Part shown: positions 29,501 through 38,603 of the stretch, piece after piece | Layout of the letters: every line of letters starts with the position of its first letter | Numbering within the stretch: position 1 is the first letter of the stretch | Origin: a virus | Lineage: Duplodnaviria; Caudoviricetes | IMG/VR virus record: IMGVR_UViG_3300014208_000048 | Coordinates: 1 to 58,239 of that record | DNA: 58,239 nt | Direction: 5' to 3' (one strand) | Translations under genes and position numbers: made by a program | Notes under the pieces: model-generated | Seen by the model: the letters and a program-made list of their open reading frames with translations, nothing else | Told to the model about the DNA's origin: nothing | Databases searched by the model: none

Positions 29501-30341
29501 AAATGCTTCGATCACTCAATATGAGGCAATGAAAGCTCAAGCTAAAAAGAGTGGAAGACAGGCGCTCAGTCAATTCATCACCGGCCCCGGGAAAGAAATG
29601 GTTGCGGAGATAAACGGCACAAGAAGGAGTCTCATCACAGCAATCCAGAGGTATGCAAAAGAGGTATCGGAAAGCGTTGAGGTTGTAAACTTTTTCAAGT
29701 CGGCCGACAGTGGTAATTACACTAGAAACGGATACGATAAATTTAAGAAGAATGTCGACGGCCTATCGAAGGACAAACAGAAAACCGTGAGACAGTTGCT
29801 CGGAAGTCAGACTACGGCAAAGGCTGCTGCGCCGAATCAGGATCAGAAAAGGTCGGTCAAGGAAAGGTTTACGGACTCTATATCCGAAAATGCTGACAGT
29901 GAAGTGCTGAAGTATAAAGCTGCCGACGCGGCAATTCAAAGTTTGACGACAGGCTTCGGATCCGCATTCAAGACAATGATGACCAGCGGCAAGAACTTTG
30001 GTCAAGTGATGTCGAAAATCTTTACGGACCTGATTGCAGATATAGCGGCTATGATTATTCAGATGCTCGCAATGCAGGCTATCGCGGCTTTGTTTGGAAT
30101 ACCGGTCGGAGGAGCTGCAGCCGGCGGCGCAGCTAGCGTCGTTGGAAATCTAACCAAGACCGCAGTCAACCCGGGATCGCCGTCCGGATCCTCTACGCCG
30201 TCGAGCGCAAACAATAGTTATGGCCCAGCGCAGGCAGTGTATCAGCCTATAATTATACAGAGCGCGATGGAGGGGCAGACATTTTTCAGGAAAACTGAGC
30301 CAGCGTATTCGCGAAACAAGGCCACTCGAAAGGGGTTGTAA
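26538..30341 (+). CDS. Tail tape measure protein
   Basis: 1267 aa helical; FDRSMRDV...LAEIAAVAGQAG...AGTAIT TP901-type core; hydrophobic segments. Confidence 0.93.
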   Translation: MGIAGSGINAGKILFELAIVDRGRWKGAMKDAESQIDSFNNRISRIDSQQLKTLEDRLSRVGTQIDTGSRAVKNFQARIDEAMLKSQSSIDRGLGQLPVRLSSAEAAAAKFTKQLVEMKNLMNLKLKVDQGSLGVLQAQLKKWEEQRAAARKDKNPIDENLYAARIEKGNARLKEMSALMASAASRAGLEISMKEVQLGSALKKVETIKAEIATIQSAKATAPLALTQQLDEARVKVEVLRKEQAALQASMTAITSKYGGAISPMNAFRASAAEFQKFGIQMQKIAKDMTLQWSLAFGLLTGLSIKGAVDFDRSMRDVQGTAGLTEQEFHKLSDTLKDVSRNLPTKNAAQGLAEIAAVAGQAGISGVENLTKFSTSVTKLVTVFEGLDAKDTAKKLIQIARSYGFPIENIEKFGAVVARVSKDSVGTAEEIIAFNQAIGGAAKNLGISFDKVNALAGTLIDMGISANVAGTAITNLFTKMALSPNKFSQEMGVTVGKFKKMVGEDATQALLVWLNAIKSMDMSDATEAIAELGIRGYRATNVIQKLRTEGIKPFIEEMKRTAEEMRTGQSLNDRYEIVLKAVSSQLEMIKNKFQALSITMGQHFFPILLKIMGVFEKVVGFIEALPGPIKDFAFNLMFVTAVAGPLILVLGNLINMLGGLAMTIGLSSGGLGMGLAAVIGGLALLMTTLSGNTDNAAASTEALNTRLRDTLSLRGQVDKKHLDVAYGDALMSGRSQVGSLVKDKIIGFGSNGSAENLTDEAMYRHLDKAESVVKRQISEKTTRERNKDWDSQDSSAQGGIDALEEKRSRIASAKSAYKSAIEAKQLMNSLDLSVNADGSQPDSSSHNPKTELELRIDMLQNDMTKFEHDAQVYKLKLKSKGLKVDEVNSLMNKYFEDRRSKINSLVGRRDVLISDVRAAMVKLDDRDAKTGLPKNREAYKDMGPLLGQEGSLLGMNPEDSLIPKSVNHDGDPRAKEILEDVRLGQEALNASITQYEAMKAQAKKSGRQALSQFITGPGKEMVAEINGTRRSLITAIQRYAKEVSESVEVVNFFKSADSGNYTRNGYDKFKKNVDGLSKDKQKTVRQLLGSQTTAKAAAPNQDQKRSVKERFTDSISENADSEVLKYKAADAAIQSLTTGFGSAFKTMMTSGKNFGQVMSKIFTDLIADIAAMIIQMLAMQAIAALFGIPVGGAAAGGAASVVGNLTKTAVNPGSPSGSSTPSSANNSYGPAQAVYQPIIIQSAMEGQTFFRKTEPAYSRNKATRKGL

Positions 30342-32024
30342 ATGATAAGCATAACAATCGATGGTAAAGATTATTCAGACCTGCTCTTTCGCCACGGTGG
30401 CGTTTCAAATCACGCGTTTGGGAGTGACGACCCAAACGTGTTTATTTCAAAGCAGTCCATCGACATTAAGCTGTCCGATATAGGCGGGAGAATAGCCGCC
30501 GATCTGGGTCTGCCGGACTCACTTGATCTTCAGAGGACAAGCACTGGTAGGCTTGTTGAAGTGATAGTATCGTCGTCTGAAGACTCGTATATGTTTTACG
30601 GTTCAGTTGATACGCGGGACATTCAAAGATCTATGATCTCCGCCGGCGACCCAAACGCTGAAGAGATTATTACATTCACGGCCTACGATTATCTCTACTA
30701 CTTTAGCCGCAAATTCAAGAATACGGCAATAAGGGTTCCCGTGAAGTCTAGGTATATGAGATTCGAATGGGATACGTTTGACGGATACCCTCCAATCGGA
30801 TTGGCTGACGCCATTCGATTCTTATCGAAGGTATACGATTTAAGCAATACGTCGTCACTGTATAAGGTTAGGGTTGATGACAAATACGACTCTGTAGAGC
30901 TTTACTCGGACAGAGATGGTAAAGAGTTGATCTTCTGGAGCCCGCTGGTCTTGCCGGTAGATGGTGGTCACGACGAAATATTTATAGTCGTCGCTGTCCC
31001 GGTCAATGCACAGGAAGGTTTTAAGTTCTTTTTTAGCGAAGAGTATAAGTCAATAAAAGTAGAGCCAACCTTCTTTGGTAGCATGAATATTTACGACGAT
31101 CAGCGAAAGTATCTTTTCTACCACAATCGACCAGGGGTTGCGCCGGGGTATGTCAGAGAGGAGGATCACTCGCAAATCGTAGGAAAGGCTACTGTTGACG
31201 GCAAGATCGTAGACGTGCTTGGCAGCGTGTTTGAGGGATCGCTCTCCGTGACAGAGCTTTACGAGTTTATTTGCAGATTATTCGCGATTGATATGTTTTG
31301 TGTTGATCGTAACGTTCTCGCTTTTATGCCCAGAGTGAATCCTGACTTATCATCGCTCAAGCGAGTCGTAATTCAGCCAGACCAAGTCAAAGTTTTAAGT
31401 TTTAAGGGGATACAGGCGGCCAACTTTCTTCGTGCACCGGGATTAGCAATCAATACGGCGGCGTCATACTCCGAAGATCAGGCTAAAGAGATAAGCGGCA
31501 GCGGATTCCCGCAGTCACTGAGGACTACGTATCGTGATCCAGAGGTTGTCCCGATTTATCAGCCAATGGATGATCTTGGGACCGACGTATTTCAAACGGA
31601 GTCCGAGTATAGAGCTAGACCGGAGTCCGTGGTAATAGATGCGTGTCCGCAGTTGGCCCTCAACGACTCGTTTGTTCGATTTATTCATAACCCTGGGACG
31701 TGGCCGTCGGATGCCGGGTGGGGTCAACAGCGCAAGCGTTGGCAGGACACGATGCACGACCTGCTTTCCGGAGCGCTCCGCGGTATGGGCGACTCAGAAT
31801 ACAGTAGGCGAATTGGCTTGAGCAGGCATTTATGGAAGTCCGACCTTACAGTGCTCTTGGCGGATGCTTTATCTGAACCTAAGAATAGATTCAGCGCGAC
31901 ACTTGTGACGACCGAGTTGTTCCAGGATAAAGTCGCAGTAATAAATGGAACCGAGCTTAGGGTTCTAAGTGGGGTAATAAATCACGAAGAAGGAACATCT
32001 GAAGTAATACTGGAGACAATATAA
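30342..32024 (+). CDS. Minor tail/tail-tip protein
   Basis: 560 aa directly after tape measure. Confidence 0.55.
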   Translation: MISITIDGKDYSDLLFRHGGVSNHAFGSDDPNVFISKQSIDIKLSDIGGRIAADLGLPDSLDLQRTSTGRLVEVIVSSSEDSYMFYGSVDTRDIQRSMISAGDPNAEEIITFTAYDYLYYFSRKFKNTAIRVPVKSRYMRFEWDTFDGYPPIGLADAIRFLSKVYDLSNTSSLYKVRVDDKYDSVELYSDRDGKELIFWSPLVLPVDGGHDEIFIVVAVPVNAQEGFKFFFSEEYKSIKVEPTFFGSMNIYDDQRKYLFYHNRPGVAPGYVREEDHSQIVGKATVDGKIVDVLGSVFEGSLSVTELYEFICRLFAIDMFCVDRNVLAFMPRVNPDLSSLKRVVIQPDQVKVLSFKGIQAANFLRAPGLAINTAASYSEDQAKEISGSGFPQSLRTTYRDPEVVPIYQPMDDLGTDVFQTESEYRARPESVVIDACPQLALNDSFVRFIHNPGTWPSDAGWGQQRKRWQDTMHDLLSGALRGMGDSEYSRRIGLSRHLWKSDLTVLLADALSEPKNRFSATLVTTELFQDKVAVINGTELRVLSGVINHEEGTSEVILETI

Positions 32025-32569
32025 TGTCAACAATTAATGGAACCGGAAATCCGAGGCTCATTCTCATTGATGTGAATACAACGCTAAGCAATCCGCTTCT
32101 GTCGGTAGATCTTCCTTTCTGCGAGTCTCTCATCGAAAGCTTTGATCCGATCGCGGTGGAGCACGAGGTTCAAAGCGGCATCAACGCAAAAGAGAAGGGG
32201 TGGCAATACAGCGCCGTCCTTAATTACGAGGGATACTTTGATGGAGACATACTCTTGGAGATGGCGAAGGTGTTTGAGTTTTCAAAGATCGGCGATGGAG
32301 CGCTTGTCGGGTTGTCTAGAAATTTAATCCTCGTCCCAAAGAAGGACGCATATAGGCTATCGTATCCAGTGATTTTCGCCGGGGCTATCGACATGTCGAT
32401 GCTTCCAGAAAATCAGGGACACGCAGGTATAGCGTTTAAGTTCAAGGGAACAAAAATTCTCGGCGGTATACCGGCAATGCAAACTAACTACGGAACAAAC
32501 TACGGCTGTCAGGGATACGATTTTGATGGAAGCCTCATCGACTTGAATTCTTACGGCGCAAACATATAA
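32024..32569 (+). CDS. Minor tail protein
   Basis: Position; TAATG coupling. Confidence 0.5.
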   Translation: MSTINGTGNPRLILIDVNTTLSNPLLSVDLPFCESLIESFDPIAVEHEVQSGINAKEKGWQYSAVLNYEGYFDGDILLEMAKVFEFSKIGDGALVGLSRNLILVPKKDAYRLSYPVIFAGAIDMSMLPENQGHAGIAFKFKGTKILGGIPAMQTNYGTNYGCQGYDFDGSLIDLNSYGANI

Positions 32570-32578
32570 GGGAGAATT

Positions 32579-33328
32579 ATGATTGGATCTTTTTTTGCGT
32601 GGATTGATAACTGGGCTAGCGGAGACACGCCGGCCGCGGGATCGCAATCCGCCGACTCGCATTCAGTAAACGGACAGTGGTATAAGATTGCGGAAAAGAT
32701 GAACGTATTATTTAGTCTGCCGGCAAATACACTGAGAAGCAGCATTATTGATGCCGCTCAGCTAAAGTCAAGCGTGGCTGACGATACTACAATTACAAAG
32801 GACGCGTCAACCGGAAAGCTTAAAGTAAAGGATGGGGGTATCGATGGATCAAAAACATCGGTGGACATTGCCGATGGAACGACAATAGTAAAGGATGCAA
32901 CCACCGGCAAGTTAAAGGTTGCAGATGCTCTCTCTAGCGCATTGGATGGGGCTAAGTTTTACATAACGTTCGATACGTTTAACCCATACAATCCGAGCGC
33001 ACGGCCTATGTATATAGACAATGGATTTATGTGTCACGGTGGGGTCCTCTGCACTATTAACGAAGGCGTCCCGGTTGTTGATGACTGCGTGGTCGTCGGC
33101 GCGTCTGTATGCACATACGGTGGAAACGTGTCTAATTTTGATTTTAGCGCAGCGCCGATAGCTTTTGCTGCTGGGGCGAAATTGTCCCCGAGAATAAATG
33201 CGAATTTTTCATCTGGAGTTACCGGAATATCAATTTTCTCAAATGGAACAGCGATCTTCGGATTCAGCGCGGGCATCGGGTCGGGGGGGACGCCACTGTT
33301 TCTTACGCTTGCTTTTAAGAACGTATAA
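32579..33328 (+). CDS. Tail fibre-like protein
   Basis: Duplicated ADxTTIxKDAxTGKLKVxD repeat. Confidence 0.6.
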   Translation: MIGSFFAWIDNWASGDTPAAGSQSADSHSVNGQWYKIAEKMNVLFSLPANTLRSSIIDAAQLKSSVADDTTITKDASTGKLKVKDGGIDGSKTSVDIADGTTIVKDATTGKLKVADALSSALDGAKFYITFDTFNPYNPSARPMYIDNGFMCHGGVLCTINEGVPVVDDCVVVGASVCTYGGNVSNFDFSAAPIAFAAGAKLSPRINANFSSGVTGISIFSNGTAIFGFSAGIGSGGTPLFLTLAFKNV

Positions 33329-33339
33329 ATGGAGACCGC

Positions 33340-33516
33340 ATGGTAAATAAACCAGATCCAAACAGTGTTGGAACGAACGAGCTCCGCGACAAAGCTGTAA
33401 CGAACAGTAAGATTAGGAGCATCGACAGTTCAAAGGTCACATATAGAGATACGACTGTCGAGAAAAAATTGACAGAGATAGATGGGGAGATTAAACAAGG
33501 AGCGGTATATCAATGA
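33340..33516 (+). CDS. Small 58-aa protein with fibre-type repeat (not in ORF track)
   Basis: GGAG RBS; MVNKPDPNSVGTNELRDKAVTNSKI...; ATGA overlap with next gene. Confidence 0.5.
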   Translation: MVNKPDPNSVGTNELRDKAVTNSKIRSIDSSKVTYRDTTVEKKLTEIDGEIKQGAVYQ

Positions 33517-34010
33517 GGGCAACCCTGAGTGAGTTTCTCATTATTATCGTTTTCTTCTTTTTCGCCGGATGGTTTTCGCATTCGCAATACAGGCAGGCGA
33601 CAACAAAAGAGACTATAGACACTACTTATACTCAGCAAGTCGTCGACCTGAAACCTGGGTCGACGACTGTGCTGAATTCTAAAGTGGCATCTAAAGCAGT
33701 CTCTCCGGCGGCAAAGAAGAGAGCTCGGGATATAATCGCAAACCGCGATACGGCTGCGGTCGAGGAGCTGTTGTCGAAGCGTAGGATTACGATCGAAAGC
33801 GACATCTCTCGGGTCTCCTTTATTTATGATCCAATGACATCCGAGACGAAAGTCGACTCGGCAATTTACAAGGCTCAAAAAATACAGGTCCCAAATGTTA
33901 CAATTACCAAAACCAACGAAGAAGAAGCGCCGTGGTATAAAACGCCAACAATCTTCCTCTCCGGAGTTGCAGTCGGGGCCATCGGAACAGTCATCCTCAT
34001 CCTTCGATAG
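33513..34010 (+). CDS. Spanin-like membrane protein
   Basis: N-terminal TM, C-terminal PWYK followed by TM; end of tail module. Confidence 0.5.
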   Translation: MRATLSEFLIIIVFFFFAGWFSHSQYRQATTKETIDTTYTQQVVDLKPGSTTVLNSKVASKAVSPAAKKRARDIIANRDTAAVEELLSKRRITIESDISRVSFIYDPMTSETKVDSAIYKAQKIQVPNVTITKTNEEEAPWYKTPTIFLSGVAVGAIGTVILILR

Positions 34011-34296
34011 AGACCGTGTATATATGGACTGGGTTAAGACTTTGCCGTGCATGGTGCGTGGTCGGGACTGTTTTGGTCCAATCGATCCGCATCACACGGC
34101 TAGGGCTTACGGAGGAATTAAGGGAAGCGACTACAGCGTTGTCCCGCTATGCAGGCATCATCACGGAATAGTCCAGGATCATCCCTGGCTATTCAAAAAA
34201 TTATTCAACTTCATACCAGACGAGGAATATGCAAGACGAACTTACCTCAAGCGATACAACGCAAGAGACGATCGGGAAGTCATTAGGGCTTTCTGA
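33895..34296 (+). CDS. DUF968/HNH-like nuclease (start uncertain)
   Basis: YMDWVKTLPC...DPHH...KGSDYSVVPLCRHHH. Confidence 0.75.
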   Translation: MLQLPKPTKKKRRGIKRQQSSSPELQSGPSEQSSSSFDRDRVYMDWVKTLPCMVRGRDCFGPIDPHHTARAYGGIKGSDYSVVPLCRHHHGIVQDHPWLFKKLFNFIPDEEYARRTYLKRYNARDDREVIRAF

Positions 34297-34882
34297 AACG
34301 ATTTTCATGCTGCACAAGAACGCGGAAGTTCTAAGGAATCACTTGCCAGAGCTAGACGACGAGATCCTGAAGACTTTATTTGAATCTCTGAACGAAGCGT
34401 CGAATGTCTCCTGGTTCCTACAGATGGACATCGTCGCAGAGCTGCACGCTAGATCGAGGCATGGATCGAATGCGGTGAAAGAGATCTCAAAATTTCTTGG
34501 TATCCCAGAACGCAGAGTATTTGAATTATCACAGATACATAAAGAGATCATCCTGAAGGATCCGTCGCTGAGAGACGCCCCACTTGACAAGACGCATTTT
34601 GTGAATGCTCTTAGGACGCTAAAGACGGAAGAGTCGCCGGTGGATGTGCTGCACAAGGCGGTGGACGAGGGGATGTCGGCGAACGGGGTCAGGGAATACG
34701 TCGACAAAAAGAAACGAACCGGAGATGTGAATTATTTCATCATCAGCAGATACGATCAGCCGATCGATAATATTGACAGCGCTAAACAGGTGGCGTATTA
34801 CAGCCCAGAAGCGAGACTGATAACTGTCGGCGGCGTCGAGTATCTTGAACTCAGAGGGAAAATCGGTAATGAAATCGCATAA
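34229..34882 (+). CDS. Hypothetical protein, possibly DNA-binding
   Basis: GAGG RBS; KEISKFLGIPERRV HTH-like segment. Confidence 0.6.
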   Translation: MQDELTSSDTTQETIGKSLGLSETIFMLHKNAEVLRNHLPELDDEILKTLFESLNEASNVSWFLQMDIVAELHARSRHGSNAVKEISKFLGIPERRVFELSQIHKEIILKDPSLRDAPLDKTHFVNALRTLKTEESPVDVLHKAVDEGMSANGVREYVDKKKRTGDVNYFIISRYDQPIDNIDSAKQVAYYSPEARLITVGGVEYLELRGKIGNEIA

Positions 34883-35138
34883 AGAGGTTTTAATGCCGAG
34901 CCAGGTCGAGAGAGTCAAGAAGATAATAAAAATCACATCTAAACTTCCGTTCAGGACAATGCTTACATCGAGAGAGATGGCTGCAGCGCTGGGGATAAGC
35001 GTAGCACTCATCGGAACAAGGCTTAACGTCGACGCTCTATGTAATGTCAAGACTACGACGACAATATTCGGGCGCACGAAGCTGGTGTTCGGAAGCAAGA
35101 AAACTATCAAATGGTTAAAGGAGCAAAGTAATGCTTGA
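34869..35138 (+). CDS. Hypothetical basic protein
   Basis: Operon-coupled ORF. Confidence 0.5.
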   Translation: MKSHKEVLMPSQVERVKKIIKITSKLPFRTMLTSREMAAALGISVALIGTRLNVDALCNVKTTTTIFGRTKLVFGSKKTIKWLKEQSNA

Positions 35139-36054
35139 TCTACGCAGTAAGGCGAACACCGGCGTTGTCCGGGTTACGTTTACGTCGAAAGACATTGAGA
35201 AGTTTAAGAACGAGATGATTAAGCAGCTTACGCAGCACTCAAAGCCGCACGCACCGCATCCGAAACCGGACCGCGGTAGCAAGCTTGTGGAGATCGATCT
35301 TTTTGACGTTCATTTTGGAAAGCTTGCGTGGGGGCTTGAGAGCGGAAACAATTATGACGTGAAAGTCGCAGAGCGTCTATATCGATACGCGATCGAGAAG
35401 GCTCTTGAAAGAACGGCGCACTACAAGGTCGATCGGTTTCTGTTCCCGGTTGGGAATGACTTCTTCAATGTAAACGGTATGGCGGCGATGACGTTCAACG
35501 GAACGCCACAACAGGAAGATTTGAGATGGAAGAAGACGTTCAGCCGTGGATGGAAACTTGTGAAGGACAGCATTGAGCGTCTTGCAGAGGTAGCACCGGT
35601 AGACGTGATCGTAATTCCAGGCAACCATGACTTCGAGAGTGCCTTTTATCTCGGGGAAGTATTGTCTGCAGTATTTTCAAAGGATAAGCGGATCAACGTT
35701 GACAATTCGCCGCCGGTCCGGAAATATTATCACTGGGGATCAAACCTCATTGGGTTCACCCATGGAAAGGACGAGAAGATCACAGACCTTCCACTCATTA
35801 TGGCGACAGAGGACAGACGGTTCAGCGCTTCGAGAAATTGCGAATGGCATATCGGACACACGCATCGCAAAAAAGAATACAGCTTCGTCACCGCCGTCGA
35901 CAACAAGAGTGTCCTCGTGAGAATCCTTCGAGCTTTGACTTACACGGATCAATGGCATCATCAGAACGGATACATCACGAGATACAAGGCTGGAGAGGTT
36001 TACGTGTGGGATCGATCCGAGGGGATAATCAACAACGTTTCCGTGGCGGTGTAA
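35131..36054 (+). CDS. Calcineurin-like metallophosphoesterase
   Basis: DVHFG, GNDFF, PGNHD, FTHG, GHTH. Confidence 0.88.
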   Translation: MLDLRSKANTGVVRVTFTSKDIEKFKNEMIKQLTQHSKPHAPHPKPDRGSKLVEIDLFDVHFGKLAWGLESGNNYDVKVAERLYRYAIEKALERTAHYKVDRFLFPVGNDFFNVNGMAAMTFNGTPQQEDLRWKKTFSRGWKLVKDSIERLAEVAPVDVIVIPGNHDFESAFYLGEVLSAVFSKDKRINVDNSPPVRKYYHWGSNLIGFTHGKDEKITDLPLIMATEDRRFSASRNCEWHIGHTHRKKEYSFVTAVDNKSVLVRILRALTYTDQWHHQNGYITRYKAGEVYVWDRSEGIINNVSVAV

Positions 36055-36533
36055 TGAATTGCGAGACCGCCAAGGAAATTGAACTTAGGGTCGCCCACTG
36101 GTTCGGAATAAGGCAGCATTTAATAGTCCCCAACGTGAGTTGGGGGCTGTTGCCTCACGAATGTGACCTTGTGGTTATGCGTAGCAGCGGATACCTAATA
36201 GAGGTTGAGATCAAGATATCGAAGAGCGACCTGATTGCGGACCTCAAAAAGCCGCACATGCACCAAAGCAATATGATAAAGATGCTGTATTTCGCAATGC
36301 CGGAAAAACTGCTGCCAGCCATTGAGCACGTCCCGGAGCGAGCTGGAATTCTAATTGTGAGCAAGACTGGATACGTTCGTCTTTTGAGAGAGGCTGCAGA
36401 AAATCGGAGCGCAACGAAACTCTCAGGCGAAGATATGTTTCAGCTTGCGAGACTTGGGGCCCTCCGTATTTGGAGGCTCGAACAAAAACTACTAGAGGCA
36501 AAACATGATATTGTCAGACTTAAAAATTTATAG
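36054..36533 (+). CDS. MmcB-like PD-(D/E)XK protein
   Basis: HECDLVV...LIEVEIKISKSDLIAD...LYFAMP...AGIL. Confidence 0.75.
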   Translation: MNCETAKEIELRVAHWFGIRQHLIVPNVSWGLLPHECDLVVMRSSGYLIEVEIKISKSDLIADLKKPHMHQSNMIKMLYFAMPEKLLPAIEHVPERAGILIVSKTGYVRLLREAAENRSATKLSGEDMFQLARLGALRIWRLEQKLLEAKHDIVRLKNL

Positions 36534-36786
36534 TGTTGAAGATTTCGAATACTGGATCGGCAGAAATGTGGCCGACGTCGAAGATGCGGTTACGATCGCA
36601 CACGGAGAGATAGATAATCCTGACTTCTGCGTAGGAGACGTCCGGGAATTGACTGACGAAGAGCTCGATAAATTAATTTACGAGGATGTTGGGGTAATGA
36701 GAACATTTGGAGCGCAGCTCTTAGTTGAGATTGCATTGGATAGATACGACGGCATGGCATACATGCTGGCATCAACGGAGTTTTAA
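36505..36786 (+). CDS. Hypothetical acidic protein
   Basis: GAGG RBS, operon-coupled. Confidence 0.6.
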   Translation: MILSDLKIYSVEDFEYWIGRNVADVEDAVTIAHGEIDNPDFCVGDVRELTDEELDKLIYEDVGVMRTFGAQLLVEIALDRYDGMAYMLASTEF

Positions 36787-37041
36787 TGGGAACCTACGTG
36801 AACAATCTAGACGGCGCTTTTGAGTTCATCAAAGAAAACTTCGAAGAGCTCACCTCAAGAATTGGAGACGAAGGATGACGAGATATCGCAGAGCGATGAA
36901 TATCTTGAAGAAAAAGACAAAGAGATTTCCGCGTTAGAGGCAAGGATTGCAGAGCTTGAATCAAGTCTTGAGGACTCGGAACAGACGGTTCGCGAGTTGA
37001 CTGAGCAGCTTGACACATTAAAACGATTTGAGGGAGAATGA
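36786..37041 (+). pseudogene. Coiled-coil gene split by an apparent +1 frameshift near 36855
   Basis: ATG 36786 frame stops at 36878; the +1 frame continues the coiled coil to 37041. Confidence 0.45.
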
Positions 37042-37277
37042 TGAAAACATTAATTGCAGCAATAGCTTTGATCGTCCTTTCCGGATGTTTGTCTGCAAAT
37101 GAAGAGTCTGCGGCGGAATGGATCCGCACGGCAAGAAAGCCGGTCCGGGCATACAATGCGGGAAGCGTATACACCGGGGTTAGGTTTACGCTCATAGACG
37201 CAGACGGAAGAGTATATTCAACCGGGGTTGTCAATATGAGCCTTCCGGACACGATCACAGTTATAGAGGTTCGGTGA
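37038..37277 (+). CDS. Putative lipoprotein
   Basis: MKTLIAAIALIVLSGC lipobox. Confidence 0.7.
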   Translation: MMKTLIAAIALIVLSGCLSANEESAAEWIRTARKPVRAYNAGSVYTGVRFTLIDADGRVYSTGVVNMSLPDTITVIEVR

Positions 37278-37573
37278 TGGATGATCTACAGAAAAAGATT
37301 AGCGACTGGCAGGACGCTACGTTTCCCAGCGCAACGATCGATTCAATGTTTCGACACATGATTTCCGAGCTAAAAGAATTGTCGGAGAAGCTTGACGATC
37401 CACATGCTGCAGCGGAGGAGTTGGCCGACATGCAGCACTTACTTTTTGGCATAGCGTCAAAGATGGGTTTCAGTCTTCACGACATCACAAACAAGAAGTT
37501 CAAGATTAACAAGAAGCGTTCATGGGGGCCGCAGAACGAACAGGGTTTCATCGAACACATGGAGGGAAGATGA
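37274..37573 (+). CDS. MazG-like NTP pyrophosphohydrolase (DUF550-like)
   Basis: WQDATFP, HMISELKEL, EELADM, KFKINKKRSW. Confidence 0.8.
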   Translation: MMDDLQKKISDWQDATFPSATIDSMFRHMISELKELSEKLDDPHAAAEELADMQHLLFGIASKMGFSLHDITNKKFKINKKRSWGPQNEQGFIEHMEGR

Positions 37574-37887
37574 TTATACCTAAAAGCTTTAAGATCTTCG
37601 GACAAACCTGGGCCGTGATATTCGACGAGGACCTGGGAACAAAAGATGATCGGCAGGATGGGTTGTGCAGCTATAAAAATCAGACGATATCCTTATTCCC
37701 GGGTGTCGGCAAGCATCGAAGATCTTTGGCGCAGAATCAACAGACTTATTTTCACGAAATAGTCCATGTCGCCTTAGAAGCGATCGGAAGAGATGCGTTG
37801 AATGATGACGAGGGGTTTGTGGATACGCTAGCGTCCGCGCTGCACCAGATTATCATCACGGGGGAGGCGGAATATGGCGATAATTAA
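37570..37887 (+). CDS. Small zincin-like metallopeptidase
   Basis: IPKSFKIFG...GLC...TYFHEIVH...DEGFVD. Confidence 0.75.
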   Translation: MIIPKSFKIFGQTWAVIFDEDLGTKDDRQDGLCSYKNQTISLFPGVGKHRRSLAQNQQTYFHEIVHVALEAIGRDALNDDEGFVDTLASALHQIIITGEAEYGDN

Positions 37888-38089
37888 GTATACACACCAC
37901 GGCCGCACGGTGAGCGTCGACGAGAGACTGAAAGGGAAGCACATGCAGGCATGTCTATGCTACCGATGTTCACTCTTCCTTCCTAATAGTCCTCGGAACT
38001 GCATGATCGCAAGGGACCTGTTGAAATTCGATAAAGAACACTCGGTCGTCACACCGGTTTGGGAGTGCGAAATATTCAGGGAGATCTGA
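37874..38089 (+). CDS. Cys-rich hypothetical protein
   Basis: CLCYRC...NC...WEC; GGAGG RBS. Confidence 0.6.
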   Translation: MAIIKYTHHGRTVSVDERLKGKHMQACLCYRCSLFLPNSPRNCMIARDLLKFDKEHSVVTPVWECEIFREI

Positions 38090-38228
38090 TGAGTAAATTA
38101 AGAGACATACTTTTTGATCTTTTTCAATTAATTTTAGGCATAATAGCTTTCAGCTTCTTCATGCTATTCGCGTCCTTCGTAGGGCTAGCGTTTGCGGAGC
38201 TATTGAGGCTTATTTCCGGAGCAAGGTA

Positions 38229-38603
38229 ATGGAACAAAACGAATTATTCGAAGGCGTTGGGTGGATCGGGGTAGATCTCGATGGCACTCTCGCAGAGATT
38301 GGCGACTGGCAAGGCCTGCAGTTCATCGGAAAGCCGATAAAACTGATGGTTGATAGAGTTAAAGACTGGATATCCCAGGGATACACCGTGAAGATCTTTA
38401 CGGCAAGAGTTTCACATAAGGATCCGAAGCTCAATGAGCTGGCGGAGTGGCATATTAAGCAGTGGTCGAAGAAAAACATCGGCTCAGCTCTTGAAGTTAC
38501 GTGCAAAAAGGATTTCAATATGACGACACTCTACGATGATCGTTGTGTTACCGTCATTCACAACACAGGCCTATTTGCACACGAGATCACGAGTATAAAC
38601 TAA
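38229..38603 (+). CDS. HAD-superfamily phosphatase (PNK phosphatase-like)
   Basis: WIGVDLDGTLA, IFTAR, LYDDR. Confidence 0.85.
   Translation: MEQNELFEGVGWIGVDLDGTLAEIGDWQGLQFIGKPIKLMVDRVKDWISQGYTVKIFTARVSHKDPKLNELAEWHIKQWSKKNIGSALEVTCKKDFNMTTLYDDRCVTVIHNTGLFAHEITSIN

Noticed and set aside
21959-33328. Diversity-generating retroelement or invertible fibre locus
   Set aside because: No reverse transcriptase, TR/VR pair or inverted fibre segments seen.
37274-37573. Z-genome (2-aminoadenine) pathway
   Set aside because: A DUF550-like gene is present, but no PurZ-like synthetase or HD-domain dATPase was recognised.
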